This document shows positions 54,105-64,000 of a stretch of 64,000 nt of DNA, one piece after another (position 1 is the first letter of the stretch; each line of letters starts with the position of its first letter). The notes under the pieces were generated by a model that worked only from the letters and a program-made list of their open reading frames with translations, had not been told where the DNA came from and did no database searches. Source of the stretch: the human T2T-CHM13v2.0 reference genome, Homo sapiens; the NCBI RefSeq assembly GCF_009914755.1, contig NC_060935.1; one strand, given 5' to 3'. Made by a program: the position numbers and the translations under genes.

Positions 54105-56409
54105 TGGTTTTGTGTCTCAGGAATCAAAACATTTTCATGTGGGCTTGGTCTGGCACCTCTGAGGGCAGCATCCATTTCATTTATTTGTTCTCAGTGAAAG
54201 AGCCTGGGCAAGGCTTTGATTTTGTGTGGGAGTCTGTTAATTAACCTGGGAGATTTTATTACCATGGGGCATCTAGAAGGACTTACCTGACCAGCAAATT
54301 GGATTTGAATAGGAGGAGAAGCGAAGAAGGCTCACCTCAGGTGTATTCCTTCAACAAAGAAAGCTGTTTTCAAGGCTGGGGAAGGGGAGGGATGAGGCTT
54401 ATGGTAGTCCCAGCCCCTCCCTTTCTCTCACCTTTCTCTCACCTGGTTTTGTATTTAATTCGCTCAACAGGAACGTTTCCTTCTGCGCAGATCTAGCCTC
54501 TTCCTTCAAGTCACATTCTTTTAGTTTGTTCTTATTACCTCTTTTCTTAACCCCAGCACATGCATATTCTTAAACTATGAGTGCAGGGTACACCAGAATT
54601 GCCACATCACAGTAATCAACCCATGAGTCCCAGGAGCTCCCATCATTCCACACGAAGGTGCCCCATTTGTTTGAAAGCTTTTGTCTGCTGATCAAATATT
54701 TGAAAGGATTTATTTTTCCATTGAGCATCAACAACAAATATACATAACTGCAGATGAGAGCTCCTGTTTTACCAGCACTAATGTGGGGAGTGAAGAGCTC
54801 CAAGCAACAGCCACCTCTGATGGCACTTTGCAAGTTTTTCCTTGGGGCTCAGCTGACATCCTCATACTCACAGAGCTGCAGACTCTCAGCCATTGCTGCA
54901 ACTCACCATCTCTGAGCCTTCAGGGCACACTTTCTAATTTCATGCTCACTCCCTCTCCCAGTTCACTTAGAAATAAAAGAAAGCAAAACCAAACATCACA
55001 GCACCCTTCCCCCAGCCCCTCTGACCCTGATAATGGTAACAGCTACTGTGAACTCAGCTCTTCTCACCTACCAGGTGAACTAGGCCAGGAAACTCACTCC
55101 CCAGAACTCTGTCACCTCTCTGATTTCATCTGACTCACTAGAGTGCTCGTGGAATCTCTTTGGGGACCATCTCTTTGGACTGCCCTCTGCTGACCAGATG
55201 TCCAGCCCCTTGCACAGCTCTTTGGCCAATACTCCTTCAAGTATACCCTTTAGTGTTTCCAGCAGACAACATCTGGCCTTGGTGATTTGGTTCCATTTCA
55301 TTGTTAGACATAATACTTCTAACCTTCCTCCCTAAGAGGAAACATCCAACGTATGAATAGCTATAATATCTCCCCCCAAGAAAGATGGAAGCGTGGTCTC
55401 TCACTCCTCCAGATCACACTGACCTAGGAAAGAATTGGGGAGAGGAAAATCAAGACCATGGGTATAATCTCAGTGGCCTGGGACATGGACCACACACCAG
55501 TACAATCACTGGGGCCCCAGGTATTCCCCCTTGCCTGGCTGAGTCTGCATTGGCTCACACCTACTGCTTTCTGCCCTTAAAAGCATTGCTGTGCTCTTGT
55601 TTACCTGTGTGTTATTCATTCCTCTGTTTGATTACCCAAGGAGGAACTACTGATTTTAGGGCTTCACTTCTGCAGCTGGCCCTCAGCTATCATGCTGAGG
55701 TGAGAAAATCTCTCCACCACTGTCTGTAGTTCATTATTACCCCTGAAGGGCAGGTGAGCAGGTCATCTGTCTCAAAGAACTTTGGACTCATTCCCCCATG
55801 GCTGAATCAGAGGCGATTTGAGTGGCATCATCCTGTGTGGTCCTCAAAAACAGCCCTGCCCTCAGTCTACCATGTTACCAACTAAGGCTGAGGTTGTCCA
55901 ACTTCCTCCTGTCCTGTGACTTCCCTGCCCACCAAGAGAATTCCTATTCTCCCACTCCATCCCTGCCACCTGGACAGCCTTCACCCAGACAGGTAGAATT
56001 CCTGGAGGACATGCTCACCGGCAGGCTGACCTTCAAAGGCCACCACTAATATTCCAGAGTTCCCAAGGGGGACATGCAATGAGGCTTGTCCCTTAAGACC
56101 CCCACTCCACAGACATTTCATTTCTCACGCATTCCTTTCATCCTAAGAGCACATCTTGCTTGCAGTGATCAAAGAGATCCTCAAGAGGCTCTGGCTGGCT
56201 TCTCTCTTCCCCCTCCTGCTTTGCTGCAGTCAAATAACTCTGACTATTGGTTGGGATCCAGAGCTTTTGTAAAACCCTCATCTTGATCTGCAGGGGATGC
56301 CATTTTGTCCCTTAGATGGTATGTGGTTCATGTCCCAGGCCACTGAGATGACACCAAGTTCTTGATTTTCCTCTCCCCAATGCTTTCCGAGGTCAGTGTG
56401 ATCTGGAAG

Positions 56410-56866
56410 AGTGAGAGTCTCCTAGGGCTGCTGTTACAAAGTACAGCAGGTTTAAAACAGCAGAAATTTATTATCTCCCAGTCCTGGAGGCTAGAAATCC
56501 AAAGTTAAGGTGTCTGCTGAGCCATGTTCCCTCTGAGACTCTAGGGGAGGATTCTTTGTCGCCTCCTCCACCTTCTGGAAGTCCCAGGCATCCCTTGGCA
56601 TGTGGCTGCATCACTCCAATGGCCATCTTCTTCCTGTATCTTTGCATCACATTCCCTCTGTGCATATCTGTGTCCAAATTTTCTTCTTCCCATAAAGATA
56701 CAAGTCTCATTGGATTAGGTGCCCACCATATTCCAGTATGACCTAAATACAATTTTTAGCAACTAATTACATTGGCAATGACCCTACTTCCAGGATCCCA
56801 TTCTGAAGTACTGGGTGTTACACCTTCAACGTATCTTTTTTAGGGGACAAAATTCAACCCATAACA
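56410..56866 (-). mobile_element. MaLR LTR (MLT1B/C-like)
   Basis: cctagggctgctgttacaaagtac...tgtggctgcatcactcc...aattcaacccataaca. Confidence 0.85.
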
Positions 56867-57470
56867 GATGGCCTTCACATTTAGGAAGAATATCTTTTCC
56901 TAGTGAAAGCCACTTTGGGCTTGAATTTTGCCTTAATTTGCTTTGATATGATTGGTTTACCTCTATCCTGGGTTTTTAAGCTATTCAATAAAAAGCAACC
57001 CAGTAAAATAAATAGATAACAGAATACAAAAGAAAAGCTTCCTTCTATATGACAGATACAGATCACATGTAATTTATGAAATCTGAATGGAGCACCTAGA
57101 CTCCAATTTTCGTTCCATTATCTTGGTACTTATAGTTACTATTTTATTATTCCTTTAATGGTTACCCTAGAGATTACAACATGATCCTTGATTTATCAGA
57201 GTCCAATAGAACTTGCTACTTTTACTTCTTCCCAGACAATGCCTGGATCTTAAAACACTTAACTCCATTTATTCACTTCCCGATTTGAATGCTTCTGCTT
57301 TTGTGTATTTTATTTTGATTTAGTTTTTAAATCCTGTATTATTTATGTTGTTGTGTATAGCGAATAGGCTTTTATGCTTACCCATATACTTACCCTCACT
57401 TGGGATGATTTTCCTTCTGCCATTCACTTCAGTATTTCCTCTTGTTTGGATCAACTATTAATAATTTTTC

Positions 57471-57521
57471 TCATGGTGGATAAGCTTTTTGATGTGCTGC
57501 TGGATTCGGTTTGCTAATATT
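57471..57521 (-). mobile_element. Isolated internal L1PA ORF2 fragment (about 44-51 bp)
   Basis: tcatggtggataagctttttgatgtgctgctggattcggtttgc, nearly identical to 28810-28852 and to the reverse complement of about 61692-61735. Confidence 0.85.
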
Positions 57522-57649
57522 AGTCTCTCAATTATTGGCTACATGTGATCTCTAGCCCATAATTTAAATTCTGGGTTTTTAATTACTTGTCCATAAAATG
57601 GTGGTGATGATAATATCATGTATGAGTCTCAAATGACATACTAATAGCT

Positions 57650-64000
<6,351 letters not shown>

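Larger units (their letters stand above)
50475..54130 (+). other. MICAL2: Probable 3' UTR (maximum extent)
   Basis: AT-rich, nearly free of recognisable repeats after the stop; ends at AATAAA 54099-54104 with GT-rich sequence downstream. Confidence 0.6.

Overview
Primate (almost certainly human) genomic DNA. The + strand carries the last six coding exons of MICAL2 in its long form (the part historically annotated as MICALCL). They splice GT-AG in consistent phase into a 220-aa C-terminus (Ser-rich linker, basic patch, bMERB Rab-binding coiled coil). The stop is at 50472-50474, followed by a transposon-poor 3' UTR with several AATAAA signals. The rest is mostly interspersed repeats: about 15 Alus, old L1M fragments, MIR/L2/CR1, MaLR/ERV LTRs, DNA transposons and two near-full-length L1PA elements. 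The most notable observation is that the intronic antisense L1PA (26436-32065) is a spliced integrated L1. Its 5' UTR lacks exactly the GT...AG segment that the second L1 in the window still has. Other oddities are a tailless 35-nt U2 snRNA retrocopy with target-site duplication, a young 247-bp tandem duplication, a 44-bp captured L1 ORF2 fragment, a trimeric Alu under one TSD, closely spaced inverted Alus, and alternative splice and poly(A) signals. I found no evidence for a wholly new multi-gene system. Nearly all ORFs in the supplied track are repeat-derived or spurious. Repeat subfamily names come from recalled consensus sequences, not a database search.
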